From positions 62,001-126,000 of IMG/VR virus record IMGVR_UViG_3300011693_000001: DNA of 64,000 bases; one strand, 5' to 3'. Position numbers and translations under genes: made by a program. The notes under the pieces were generated by a model. It searched no databases. It was not told the origin of the DNA and saw nothing but the letters and a program-made list of their open reading frames with translations. The stretch is from an uncultured virus (IMG/VR IMGVR_UViG_3300011693_000001). Lineage: Duplodnaviria; Heunggongvirae; Uroviricota; Caudoviricetes. Each line of letters begins with the position of its first letter. Positions within the stretch are counted from its first letter, which is position 1. This document shows, piece after piece, positions 9,518 to 17,437 of this stretch.

Positions 9518-11861
9518 GATAATTATTTCGGATCGTATTTATATCCCTTCGCGGGATATCGATCTGGAAGATGTTGCAAAACGGTACGCGCGTCGTCTCT
9601 ACAGTGAAGGCGATTGCCGTAAGTGTGACAATCGCTCCGAACGTCATAACTACTTGTGTGATGAGTGCCCTGCTTATCAGGGGCACATTATTCTGCATAA
9701 AGAGAAAGGTATTGGCTCTGAGCATTATGTTGGTATCCCTCTCGGTGATCGCGCTGAGATAGGCGAACTGTTTGATATCAACTATGACGATTACAAAATC
9801 GTCGATAAGCGTGTAGATAAGGACTTCAAGTACGAAGTAACTACCGATCTTGTCCCACGTCCTCATCAGAAAACATCCATTAAGAAATGGGTGAAAAAGG
9901 GTTACGGTGTGTTGAAGGCACCGCCGCGTTCCGGCAAGTGCGTAGATGGTAACACACTGATTCACACCGACTCAGGCACAATGCGTATGGAAGACCTTTT
10001 TGCGGGTATTCCGTTTGAAGGTGAAGAGCAACTCATTGAACAGAAATTCGGAATCCTCGGTGATGAGGGGCGGAACGTTACCGCTAATATCTACCGCAAG
10101 CGTGTAGATTCTACAGTCGCCATTCGTACTCATAATGGGTTTGTTATCCGAGGCATCGATGAACACCCTCTGCTGGTGCTGACACCTGAGTTGGAATTGC
10201 TCTGGAAATATATGAAGGACATTGAGGAAGGTGACTATCTCTGTATCTCTCGTAAGCACTCCCTGTTCACCGACAAGCGCTTCTCTATTAAACCTGTTTC
10301 TACTAAACACCATAACGAGCGTTCGTTTGACTATCCGCTAATTATCAACGAGAGCTTGGCTCGCGTTCTCGGATATCTAACCGCCAATGGTGATTTCTCG
10401 GGAGACGAAATTTCTTTCACCAGTAATAATCGTCGAGTGCAGAAGGATTTCCTCGCCTGCTTTACTGATTGTTTTGGTGTGACTCCAGATAAGCGTAAGC
10501 AAGATCGTGCAGATAATTTCCGAGTGCATTCTACTTTTATCTGCCGTGTTCTGGAATCCTACGGCTTGAGCTTAACGGTAGCTGCGGAAAAGCAGATCCC
10601 CGTGTCAGTGCTGCGCTCCGATAAGGCTATTCAGACTGCTTTCCTAGAGTCGTATTTTAGCTGTGATGCTTACACTGCAAATAACGCTGTGCAGTTGTGT
10701 TCAGCTAGTCGAGAATTGATCCGTCAGCTTCACGTTGTTTTGGCAAACTTCGGCATCATCGGTAAGCGATTTAGCAAAATGTCGTTCGCTCGTAATAGTG
10801 AGAACGCTATTGAGCGTAGATATTACTACATTGACGTAGGTGGATTGGATAATCAAACTTTCCATGAATGCTTCGATCTGCTGAAAGATGTATCTGTAGG
10901 GAATAACGTTCGTTCTCCGAATGATTTTGTACCTTACATCGGTAAAGCCTTGCGTGACGCTTACGAGGCTAAACGCGATGGGAAAAGTACCGTTGTTGTA
11001 ATAGATGGGGTTCGGCATTTCAATTTCCGCTTGTTCAAATCCGCTAGTATGGATAAGTGCAAGAAAGACTACCTCGGTTATAATATGTTTAACGACATTG
11101 ACACTGAGAATCTTAGGAAGCTCGACGCTAATCTTTTCTCCACCGTTAAACTGCTGGCGCGTAAGGGTTATTACTTCGATCCAGTTGTAGCTAAAACTAA
11201 AATTCAGGAGGAATCCTTTGTCTACGATGTGACTGTACCGAAGGCTCATCACTATATTGGCAACGGCATCGTCTCTCACAACACACCAACTATGCTGATG
11301 ATTAGCGTGCAGCTCGGTAAGCGCACTCTGATGTTGGCCAGTCAGAAAGAATTCCTTGATCAGTTCCTTGATCATGTGGAGAAGTTCACGAACCTGCCTG
11401 AGTTACAAGAGCAGACAGGTAAGAAGCTTTACGGATATATCAAAAAAGAAGAAGATTTGAAGGATTTGCAAATTGCCGTTTCACCTTATCAGAAATTTAT
11501 GTCTGAGAAAGGTCAGAAGCTCTGGAAGAAAGTTTGCAAACACTTTGGCATTCTCTGGATCGACGAATGCTTCCCAGCAGGCACGGGAGTGTTAATGGCG
11601 GATGGAAAAGTTAAACCTATAGAATCACTTACTAAAGGGGATATTGTGCAGTCCTACTCGAAGGACGGTAAAATAGAACCTAATGAGGTGACTCATACAT
11701 TCCATACCGCTCGTGATGTTCTGTATACTTTTCACCTTGACGGAGACAGGACATTCTCGTGCACCCCTAACCAGTTACTGCTTACGGATAGGGGATGGGT
11801 AGCCGCACAAGATATAGCAGAGGGTGATGATATTCTAAGCGTAGAGGATACCGCTGACTAA
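9501..11861 (+). CDS. SF2 (UvsW/SSL2-like) helicase, N-terminal half, with a cis intein and the N-part of a split intein
   Basis: Zn-finger CRKC...CDEC; Q-motif PRPHQ; Walker A APPRSGK|T interrupted by an intein; motif II WIDE followed directly by intein block A CFPAGTGVLMADG; ORF stops after 97 intein residues. Confidence 0.93.
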   Translation: MSAKPKIIISDRIYIPSRDIDLEDVAKRYARRLYSEGDCRKCDNRSERHNYLCDECPAYQGHIILHKEKGIGSEHYVGIPLGDRAEIGELFDINYDDYKIVDKRVDKDFKYEVTTDLVPRPHQKTSIKKWVKKGYGVLKAPPRSGKCVDGNTLIHTDSGTMRMEDLFAGIPFEGEEQLIEQKFGILGDEGRNVTANIYRKRVDSTVAIRTHNGFVIRGIDEHPLLVLTPELELLWKYMKDIEEGDYLCISRKHSLFTDKRFSIKPVSTKHHNERSFDYPLIINESLARVLGYLTANGDFSGDEISFTSNNRRVQKDFLACFTDCFGVTPDKRKQDRADNFRVHSTFICRVLESYGLSLTVAAEKQIPVSVLRSDKAIQTAFLESYFSCDAYTANNAVQLCSASRELIRQLHVVLANFGIIGKRFSKMSFARNSENAIERRYYYIDVGGLDNQTFHECFDLLKDVSVGNNVRSPNDFVPYIGKALRDAYEAKRDGKSTVVVIDGVRHFNFRLFKSASMDKCKKDYLGYNMFNDIDTENLRKLDANLFSTVKLLARKGYYFDPVVAKTKIQEESFVYDVTVPKAHHYIGNGIVSHNTPTMLMISVQLGKRTLMLASQKEFLDQFLDHVEKFTNLPELQEQTGKKLYGYIKKEEDLKDLQIAVSPYQKFMSEKGQKLWKKVCKHFGILWIDECFPAGTGVLMADGKVKPIESLTKGDIVQSYSKDGKIEPNEVTHTFHTARDVLYTFHLDGDRTFSCTPNQLLLTDRGWVAAQDIAEGDDILSVEDTAD
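9939..11282 (+). mobile_element. Cis-splicing intein (448 aa) with LAGLIDADG-type endonuclease domain in helicase Walker A
   Basis: Starts CVDGNTLIHT; block B GIDEHPLL; LAGLIDADG-like LARVLGYLTANG and FLESYFSCDAY; block F VYDVTVPKAHHY; ends VSHN|T. Confidence 0.95.
11568..11858 (+). mobile_element. Split intein N-fragment (IntN, 97 aa)
   Basis: CFPAGTGVLMADGKVKPIESLTKGDIV...CTPNQLLLTDRGWVAAQDIAEGDDIL, then an acidic tail and stop. Confidence 0.92.
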
Positions 11862-12848
11862 TTTGCCTGAATCATAATGCGATTCCCAGACAAACACAAC
11901 GTTAAATCCTTTCCTTATTAAGCGCAGGTGCCTGCGTTGTGTTTCATCGTAAAGCTGTTTAGCTGTCTTTTCGCTGAATGGGGAGCATATCTCGTTGTTT
12001 GAGAATCGCATTAGGTTACCGTGCCAAATATCTCCGTGAAATTCGAAAACAGTGTTTGTTTCCTTGCAGTAGCCATCTGCGAAGATAAAACGTTTTCCCA
12101 AGCTGATTTTCAGTTCACCTCCATTTTCGGCATGCTGTATATCCCATCCTTTCTTTTCCATTATAGCATTCATCCACGCCACAGCTTTTCTCGAATACTT
12201 TTTATTTCCATCTAAGAGTGAACATTTGCCACACCCGTTCCTCGGTGTTTGCAGTAGGGTGTTAGCTACGGCCGTAAATTTATTACCACAAGCACACTTG
12301 AATTTATGTCGCCAACCATCACCGTAGTAGGTATCTCCCACTAGTTTAACTTTGCCACCTGTAGCTTCTTTTAAATCACGTTTAAATCTAGGAAGACTCT
12401 TTCTTTGCTTATCTGCCGCTTGCTTTCTTCCACAATTAGGGCATCCGACTTTTGAGTTTAGGATATTGATTGGTTTAGTTTTCCACTCGTTCCCGCAAGA
12501 GTTGCATAGGAATGTATGATCGGTTTTTCCGCCCTGATATTTTTTCGATATCAGTTTCACCGAATCTGCAAATCTATCTGATAATTCCTGTCTAAATTCT
12601 TTAGTGGTCTTCCTTAAACCTAGTTTAACCCCCATTTTAATTGAACTAAGCCTTTCCTTCTTACATTCAAAGCACCCTCCTGTGGCCGACCTTAGAGTGT
12701 CACTAGGTTTAGCTAAAAACTTATGTTTGTGTTTCTTACATACGAATTCCATCTTTTCAGTAAGCAGGATATGCTTTTTTCTGAACACTGGAGTTATATG
12801 AGGGAAGTTGTCCTTATAAAACCTTCGTATTGTATCGGCTTTGTTCAT
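11835..12848 (-). CDS. Free-standing homing endonuclease: Zn-ribbon repeats plus Vsr-like PD-(D/E)XK domain
   Basis: Three CxxC/H...GCxxC repeats; FADGY...VFEFHGDIWHG...GFNVVFVWE; GAGGA SD before ATG 12848; the only convincing minus-strand gene; AT-richer than its flanks. Confidence 0.88.
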   Translation of the reverse strand: MNKADTIRRFYKDNFPHITPVFRKKHILLTEKMEFVCKKHKHKFLAKPSDTLRSATGGCFECKKERLSSIKMGVKLGLRKTTKEFRQELSDRFADSVKLISKKYQGGKTDHTFLCNSCGNEWKTKPINILNSKVGCPNCGRKQAADKQRKSLPRFKRDLKEATGGKVKLVGDTYYGDGWRHKFKCACGNKFTAVANTLLQTPRNGCGKCSLLDGNKKYSRKAVAWMNAIMEKKGWDIQHAENGGELKISLGKRFIFADGYCKETNTVFEFHGDIWHGNLMRFSNNEICSPFSEKTAKQLYDETQRRHLRLIRKGFNVVFVWESHYDSGKLVSGILYA

Positions 12849-12860
12849 ATCGATTTCCTC

Positions 12861-12910
12861 AAGGTAGATGAGCATTCCGTAAATATAAATTATTATCCTT
12901 CATCTACCTT
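12861..12910. promoter_or_regulatory. 11-bp perfect inverted repeat enclosing divergent promoter-like motifs
   Basis: AAGGTAGATGA (12861-12871) / TCATCTACCTT (12900-12910); the spacer has CCGTAAATATA on + and TAATTTA on - (12886-12892). Confidence 0.6.
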
Positions 12911-12928
12911 AATAATGTCGAGATTATA

Positions 12929-13054
12929 ATGGCTAAAGTACTAAGAATCCAAGTTCAGAAATCCGAAGTTTTAATCCCTACTTACGATATAGAGGTAGCA
13001 AACAATCACAATTTCTTGGTTCAAACCGGAGATAGCTTCATTGTTGCTCACAAT
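12929..13054 (+). mobile_element. Split intein C-fragment (IntC, 42 aa)
   Basis: MAKVLRIQVQK...PTYDIEVANNHNFLV...IVAHN|C: blocks F and G with Cys at +1. Confidence 0.93.
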
Positions 13055-13930
13055 TGCCACAAAGGTAACGCACCTGAGTTCGCCAAGGTTATCAATTCCT
13101 CTCGCGCCCGTTACCGTGGTGCTGTTACTGCAACAGATAAGCGTAAAGATGGCCGACAGTACCTGATGGAACAGATTGTTGGTCCTGTAGTTAGCGAGAT
13201 TAAAGTCCCGCAGATGACAGCTAAGATCATCATTCATATCATGGACTTTGTTAAGACTCGCGCTAAGTACACCGGAAAGGGTGGCTGGAGTTACTGTATG
13301 CGGTTCTTGTCTAAGCATGAGAAACGCAACGAGTTCATGTTTGAAATGATCGGCAAAGACCTTGAGGCAGGGCATAATATAGTTCTACCCCTGTACACCA
13401 AGGAGCATATCGCTTATGTGACAAGGATTATAAATGACCGCTTTGGCAAAGGTACTGCTGAGTCGTTTACCGGAGATCGTAAGTGTGATCGTGACGGTAT
13501 TCTTGATCGGGCACGTGCTGGCAAAACTCGCGTAGTTGTAGGTGTGCGTAGTCTATTGCAGTTGGGTCTAAACGTTCCGGCTTGGACATGCCTATATTAT
13601 TTCATGCCGATGAACAATGAGCCTAACTGGTTTCAGGAATCTTCGCGTATCCTCACACCGGAAGATGGTAAACGCACTCCGGTAATACGTATGTTTGTCG
13701 ACCCTAACATCAAACTAGTGGTTGGTTGTTGGGCACAGACTTACAAACAGACATTGAAATTCAAACATAAGCCTACTGCTCTCGCTGAAGAACGCGCTCG
13801 TGAGCTGTTCAGTAAAATGGGCGGTCGTCATGCCCCATACGATCCAGATGAATTGGACGATGATACTACAGCTGTATCACGTACGAAGAATACAGCATTA
13901 CGTTCGCCGGGCTTGTTTAGGAGAAACTAA
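12929..13930 (+). CDS. SF2 helicase C-terminal half, preceded by the split intein C-fragment
   Basis: After HN comes CHK, completing DE|CH; motif III TAT; LGLNVPAW (motif V); QESSRIL (motif VI). Confidence 0.93.
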   Translation: MAKVLRIQVQKSEVLIPTYDIEVANNHNFLVQTGDSFIVAHNCHKGNAPEFAKVINSSRARYRGAVTATDKRKDGRQYLMEQIVGPVVSEIKVPQMTAKIIIHIMDFVKTRAKYTGKGGWSYCMRFLSKHEKRNEFMFEMIGKDLEAGHNIVLPLYTKEHIAYVTRIINDRFGKGTAESFTGDRKCDRDGILDRARAGKTRVVVGVRSLLQLGLNVPAWTCLYYFMPMNNEPNWFQESSRILTPEDGKRTPVIRMFVDPNIKLVVGCWAQTYKQTLKFKHKPTALAEERARELFSKMGGRHAPYDPDELDDDTTAVSRTKNTALRSPGLFRRN

Positions 13931-14457
13931 TGGAACGTGTACCTACCGAACTGCGCAAGGTACGGCCGGATGAAACACGAGTGATACAGACACCCAGCTC
14001 GCGTTGGGTGTTTGACCACGAACCTGCTAAAATACCTGTGCTGCAATTCCTTTCAATCGACCCGCACAACTCTAATCTGGAGTTTGTGAAGGACAACCTG
14101 TCTGATCTGCTCATTAGCATAGAACGTATCACTCCCTCGCAATCGGCTTTATTGTTTCAAACTTCTGTTTCGGGAGAGTTCGCGTTCTCCAACGTTAGCT
14201 TTTCCTCTATGCCTAACCGCCCTTACTGTCACACGCATACAGAAGAAACACCTAAGCAACGCTGGGAACTTTATCTCCCGGTTAATGAGCAGTTCATTAT
14301 AACCCACATCGAGCATAAAATCGGACAAGGGTTTAGGAAATTCGATTACCGTCATCTGCTGCACACTCGTTATTACGGCGAGCGTCTAGTTGTCGATTTC
14401 GGTAATCCTGTTTCCGGTCGGTTGGTTTACATGCCTTCCCGATTCCGCAATCTGTAA
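13930..14457 (+). CDS. Hypothetical protein
   Basis: AGGAG SD; TAATG coupling. Confidence 0.65.
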   Translation: MERVPTELRKVRPDETRVIQTPSSRWVFDHEPAKIPVLQFLSIDPHNSNLEFVKDNLSDLLISIERITPSQSALLFQTSVSGEFAFSNVSFSSMPNRPYCHTHTEETPKQRWELYLPVNEQFIITHIEHKIGQGFRKFDYRHLLHTRYYGERLVVDFGNPVSGRLVYMPSRFRNL

Positions 14458-14470
14458 AGATAGGTATATC
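14451..14470 (+). promoter_or_regulatory. Putative early/middle promoter motif TCTGTAAAGATAGG
   Basis: Third copy of the CTGTAAAGATA motif, 30-50 nt before a start codon. Confidence 0.55.
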
Positions 14471-14500
14471 GCAATACCGCGAACTCGATAAGGTATAGCT

Positions 14501-15127
14501 ATGAGCAGAGTTCCGCTAAAATTCAAATTTGATACTGCTCGTCAGAAACTGCTGATGAGTCGCGGCGCTGACCGCACTTGCTTTGCGCATGCCCGTGAAG
14601 CTTTTACCGTGGAAGAATCTTTCCTTCGCATCAAGCCTAAGCTAGAGCGTATGGTTATCCGCAAGGCTATCACGGTAAAAACTCAACTATCTGCTCTTGA
14701 GCGGATAATGGCGCATCCAACGCACGGCAGTCCTATTATCGGTATCGGTAGTTTCCCTAGTGATCTTCGAGCGAAGATGCTGGCGATCAATATAATGGAT
14801 CAAGCCATCACTAGCCAGAACGCTAAAGGGCGTCGTAATCCATCGCACTATCCTTTGTGGCATAAAGTGTTTGGCGGCTTTGGTGATCCTCTGTTGGATA
14901 ATCGCCAAGCAATGAGTATGCTCATCATTAGCAATGTTGGTACAGATAGTACGGCACCCAAGATTGAAAAAGTTCGTGACCTGCTCGAACGTTATGACAG
15001 CATTCCACGTATCGTACTCGTACACGGCTCTGATCCCCTAGAGTTCTTTTTGACTAAGCTACGTATGCCTATGAGCTATGGGTTTTATCTAGGGGCTGAC
15101 AGCAAAACCGTGGTGCTAGACATATGA
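14501..15127 (+). CDS. Hypothetical protein, possibly a degenerate DnaC/IstB-like AAA fold
   Basis: MLIISNVG...KVRDLLERYDSIPRIVL resembles the DnaC C-terminal region; no canonical Walker A. Confidence 0.45.
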   Translation: MSRVPLKFKFDTARQKLLMSRGADRTCFAHAREAFTVEESFLRIKPKLERMVIRKAITVKTQLSALERIMAHPTHGSPIIGIGSFPSDLRAKMLAINIMDQAITSQNAKGRRNPSHYPLWHKVFGGFGDPLLDNRQAMSMLIISNVGTDSTAPKIEKVRDLLERYDSIPRIVLVHGSDPLEFFLTKLRMPMSYGFYLGADSKTVVLDI

Positions 15128-15654
15128 TAGAGCTGATCCCATTCTATCAGAACCTTCTCCATGAGGTTCATAGCAAACGTCTTACTACGGATAATCCTCA
15201 ATTCAATCAACGCTACAGTATTAGTGTTTTGAATTCAGTATTGCCTGCTATATTGGAGTACGTCGTACAGAACAATCAGAAATCTATCGTTATCGTAACT
15301 CCCTCTATTAACGAATCGCAGATCATTGTTACGTACTTGATCAAGCAACTTGTAGAGGGGGCCGGCAGAGTTAATGGTTTCTATGACATTAACACCGTAC
15401 GGTTCTTTGATTTGAAACCGTATAAAGTAAACGCCGAGCGTGGCATTCACGTAGGCTCGCTGCCGAATGTTATTACCAATGTGGTTGGTTGCGATAGCCT
15501 GTTGACGTATTACCCGTTCACCTTTGAAGTTCTTCGCCAACTATCAGGCTTGTCTGATTCACTGGTGTTGTTTGATCCAGCGAATAAGAAAGGCAATTGG
15601 TATGCACAATATATCAAGTTGGCCTTACGTAGAGAGAACGGTATAGTGAAATGA
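15124..15654 (+). CDS. Hypothetical protein
   Basis: Overlapping operon packing. Confidence 0.6.
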   Translation: MIELIPFYQNLLHEVHSKRLTTDNPQFNQRYSISVLNSVLPAILEYVVQNNQKSIVIVTPSINESQIIVTYLIKQLVEGAGRVNGFYDINTVRFFDLKPYKVNAERGIHVGSLPNVITNVVGCDSLLTYYPFTFEVLRQLSGLSDSLVLFDPANKKGNWYAQYIKLALRRENGIVK

Positions 15655-15836
15655 AACGTAGAATAGCTAACCGCTGGCGGAAAACATTTGCGTGGTTGCC
15701 TAAACGTATTATTGCGGCTACGGCACAGGGCGACGAAGTTACTATTGAGTGGGTTTGGTTGCGTCCGGTTTTCTATAGGTACAGTGTTTTCCAAGGGCGC
15801 TTCATGGGAATCATCTACAGTAAGTCAGATAAATGA
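15651..15836 (+). CDS. Small hypothetical protein (FAWLP...WVWL motif)
   Basis: Common small phage protein pattern; overlaps both neighbours. Confidence 0.6.
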   Translation: MKRRIANRWRKTFAWLPKRIIAATAQGDEVTIEWVWLRPVFYRYSVFQGRFMGIIYSKSDK

Positions 15837-16411
15837 ATGAACTACTATCGCCCGATGAAGGGCTAGATTCCGCTATTGAGCGGACCCGCCAACACTATTG
15901 GGGTGTTCACGCAGACATTCGCGCGTCATGTATGAGTGTATTCAACGAAATAGAGCAGTTGACCTCGGAACTATCACTGTCCTCTTTGGATATTCCTCAA
16001 CAGTCTGTTGAGAAACGACCGCCCGTTAATAAACAAATCAAAGAGATTTATCATCGCATCTGCCGTCTGTGTCACCCTGATAAGTCTGGAGTTACTGATC
16101 CTGTTCTAGTTGAGTTTATGCAGGATGCAAAAGAATTGTACCGAGAAGGCTCCAGTGCAATTGAAACTCTGTATGTAAATCTGCGCGCTTATCTCAGTAA
16201 CCCGGAAGCTTACACTAAAGCTAAGACGTTAGCGATGAACATGCAAAGAGCCGCAAATGATCCTTGGTATGAAGTGCATCAACACTTTATCAAAGGGGAA
16301 GGCTCTCAAGCTTTTATGAAAAGCAGGCGCCTTCTAGGTTTGCATCTGGTCGGCCTTAAAGGCCAGCGGGATTCTTTGAAGCATAAACTAAACACTAGGG
16401 GAATAGTATGA
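15833..16411 (+). CDS. J-domain (DnaJ-like) protein
   Basis: IKEIYHRICRLCHPDK, i.e. HPD motif after helix II. Confidence 0.75.
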   Translation: MNELLSPDEGLDSAIERTRQHYWGVHADIRASCMSVFNEIEQLTSELSLSSLDIPQQSVEKRPPVNKQIKEIYHRICRLCHPDKSGVTDPVLVEFMQDAKELYREGSSAIETLYVNLRAYLSNPEAYTKAKTLAMNMQRAANDPWYEVHQHFIKGEGSQAFMKSRRLLGLHLVGLKGQRDSLKHKLNTRGIV

Positions 16412-17064
16412 ATCCGATGACAGCTGAGATTAAACCGAATCTGGACATGGAGAAATTTGCCGATAACGATGATGTTCTCAGCCCGTTGGCTGCAATGCAG
16501 GAAATCTCAGCGAAGGCGATTAACCGTATTGCTGAAGACCTAATGCTTGATCCTCAACTTATTGCTGATTCCAAAACTGGCGTTGAAGTAGTCAACTTCT
16601 CACCTAATATGGTTAAAGGTTCTCAGCTGCGTAGTGTGCGTGATAATATCCGCCGCCGGTTAACAGTACGAGAGGCAGGCTCTCCTCTTATCGTAGCGAT
16701 TCGGGAAGAGTTTGAAGTAGCTGCTGTGCAAGCTTATCAAAAGAATTCCATGCATTTGTTTTATCTACGTTCAATGACACTGGCTTTTCTGAACAATCAC
16801 CATATTCAGATTGGTAAAGACGCTGTAGCCTACGAGCTTAATCAACTTGAACGGGAAACGGACGGTATTACTTCTTCCGATAATACCAAACTGAGAATGG
16901 CTTACCATAATGCATTCTCCAATGTAATGCGCTTTCACCCACTTTACGTTTCATATCTTTATGAAATGTCCGGTGATAACGAAAGAGCTGAAACCCTATT
17001 CAATGAAGTGGTCGAACATTACGGTTGGTTAGTACGTAAAGCGTATCCTGATCGCTTCGTTTAA
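16408..17064 (+). CDS. Hypothetical protein
   Basis: GGGGA SD; operon packing. Confidence 0.65.
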   Translation: MNPMTAEIKPNLDMEKFADNDDVLSPLAAMQEISAKAINRIAEDLMLDPQLIADSKTGVEVVNFSPNMVKGSQLRSVRDNIRRRLTVREAGSPLIVAIREEFEVAAVQAYQKNSMHLFYLRSMTLAFLNNHHIQIGKDAVAYELNQLERETDGITSSDNTKLRMAYHNAFSNVMRFHPLYVSYLYEMSGDNERAETLFNEVVEHYGWLVRKAYPDRFV

Positions 17065-17074
17065 AGGAAAGCCA

Positions 17075-17311
17075 ATGGTTAGGAATACCCGCCCCGGTTA
17101 TCGTTATTTTCGTTGCGATGACTGCGGAACTGATTGGAAATCGGCCAGTCGTGATTACCGTTCCGCCTCTGTCGAACATTGCCCGAATGGTGATTGTGAG
17201 TTCCAACCAGCTAATTCACCTAGAGGTAATCAATTCGTAGATTTACCTGTTGATAAAGATGGAAATCTTTTAGATTCGGTTAATCAAGAAGCTATTTTGT
17301 TGCATAAGTAA
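17075..17311 (+). CDS. Small Zn-ribbon protein
   Basis: CDDC...CPNGDC; AAGGA SD. Confidence 0.65.
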   Translation: MVRNTRPGYRYFRCDDCGTDWKSASRDYRSASVEHCPNGDCEFQPANSPRGNQFVDLPVDKDGNLLDSVNQEAILLHK

Positions 17312-17315
17312 TAGC

Positions 17316-17342
17316 AAGGGCGCCTTAAAAAGCGCCCTTTTT
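17316..17342 (+). terminator. Rho-independent terminator
   Basis: AAGGGCGC-loop-GCGCCCTT followed by a T run. Confidence 0.8.
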
Positions 17343-17388
17343 AATGCCTGTGTTTTAATGGTTTTCGTTCCAAAACATTGCCTTATGC

Positions 17389-17395
17389 TAATTTA
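17389..17395 (+). promoter_or_regulatory. Putative late promoter TAATTTA
   Basis: The exact heptamer also occurs at 29174, 40816, 41795, 42526 and 49917, each intergenic before structural or virion-type genes. Confidence 0.55.
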
Positions 17396-17437
17396 GTGTA
17401 GGTAACGCGCGATTACCATTTACAGGAGATTCTCTCA

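Noticed and set aside
11862..12928. Group I intron explanation for the helicase interruption
   Set aside because: No recognisable P/Q/R/S core; the space is almost entirely the antisense ORF; both intein halves have their own stop and start.
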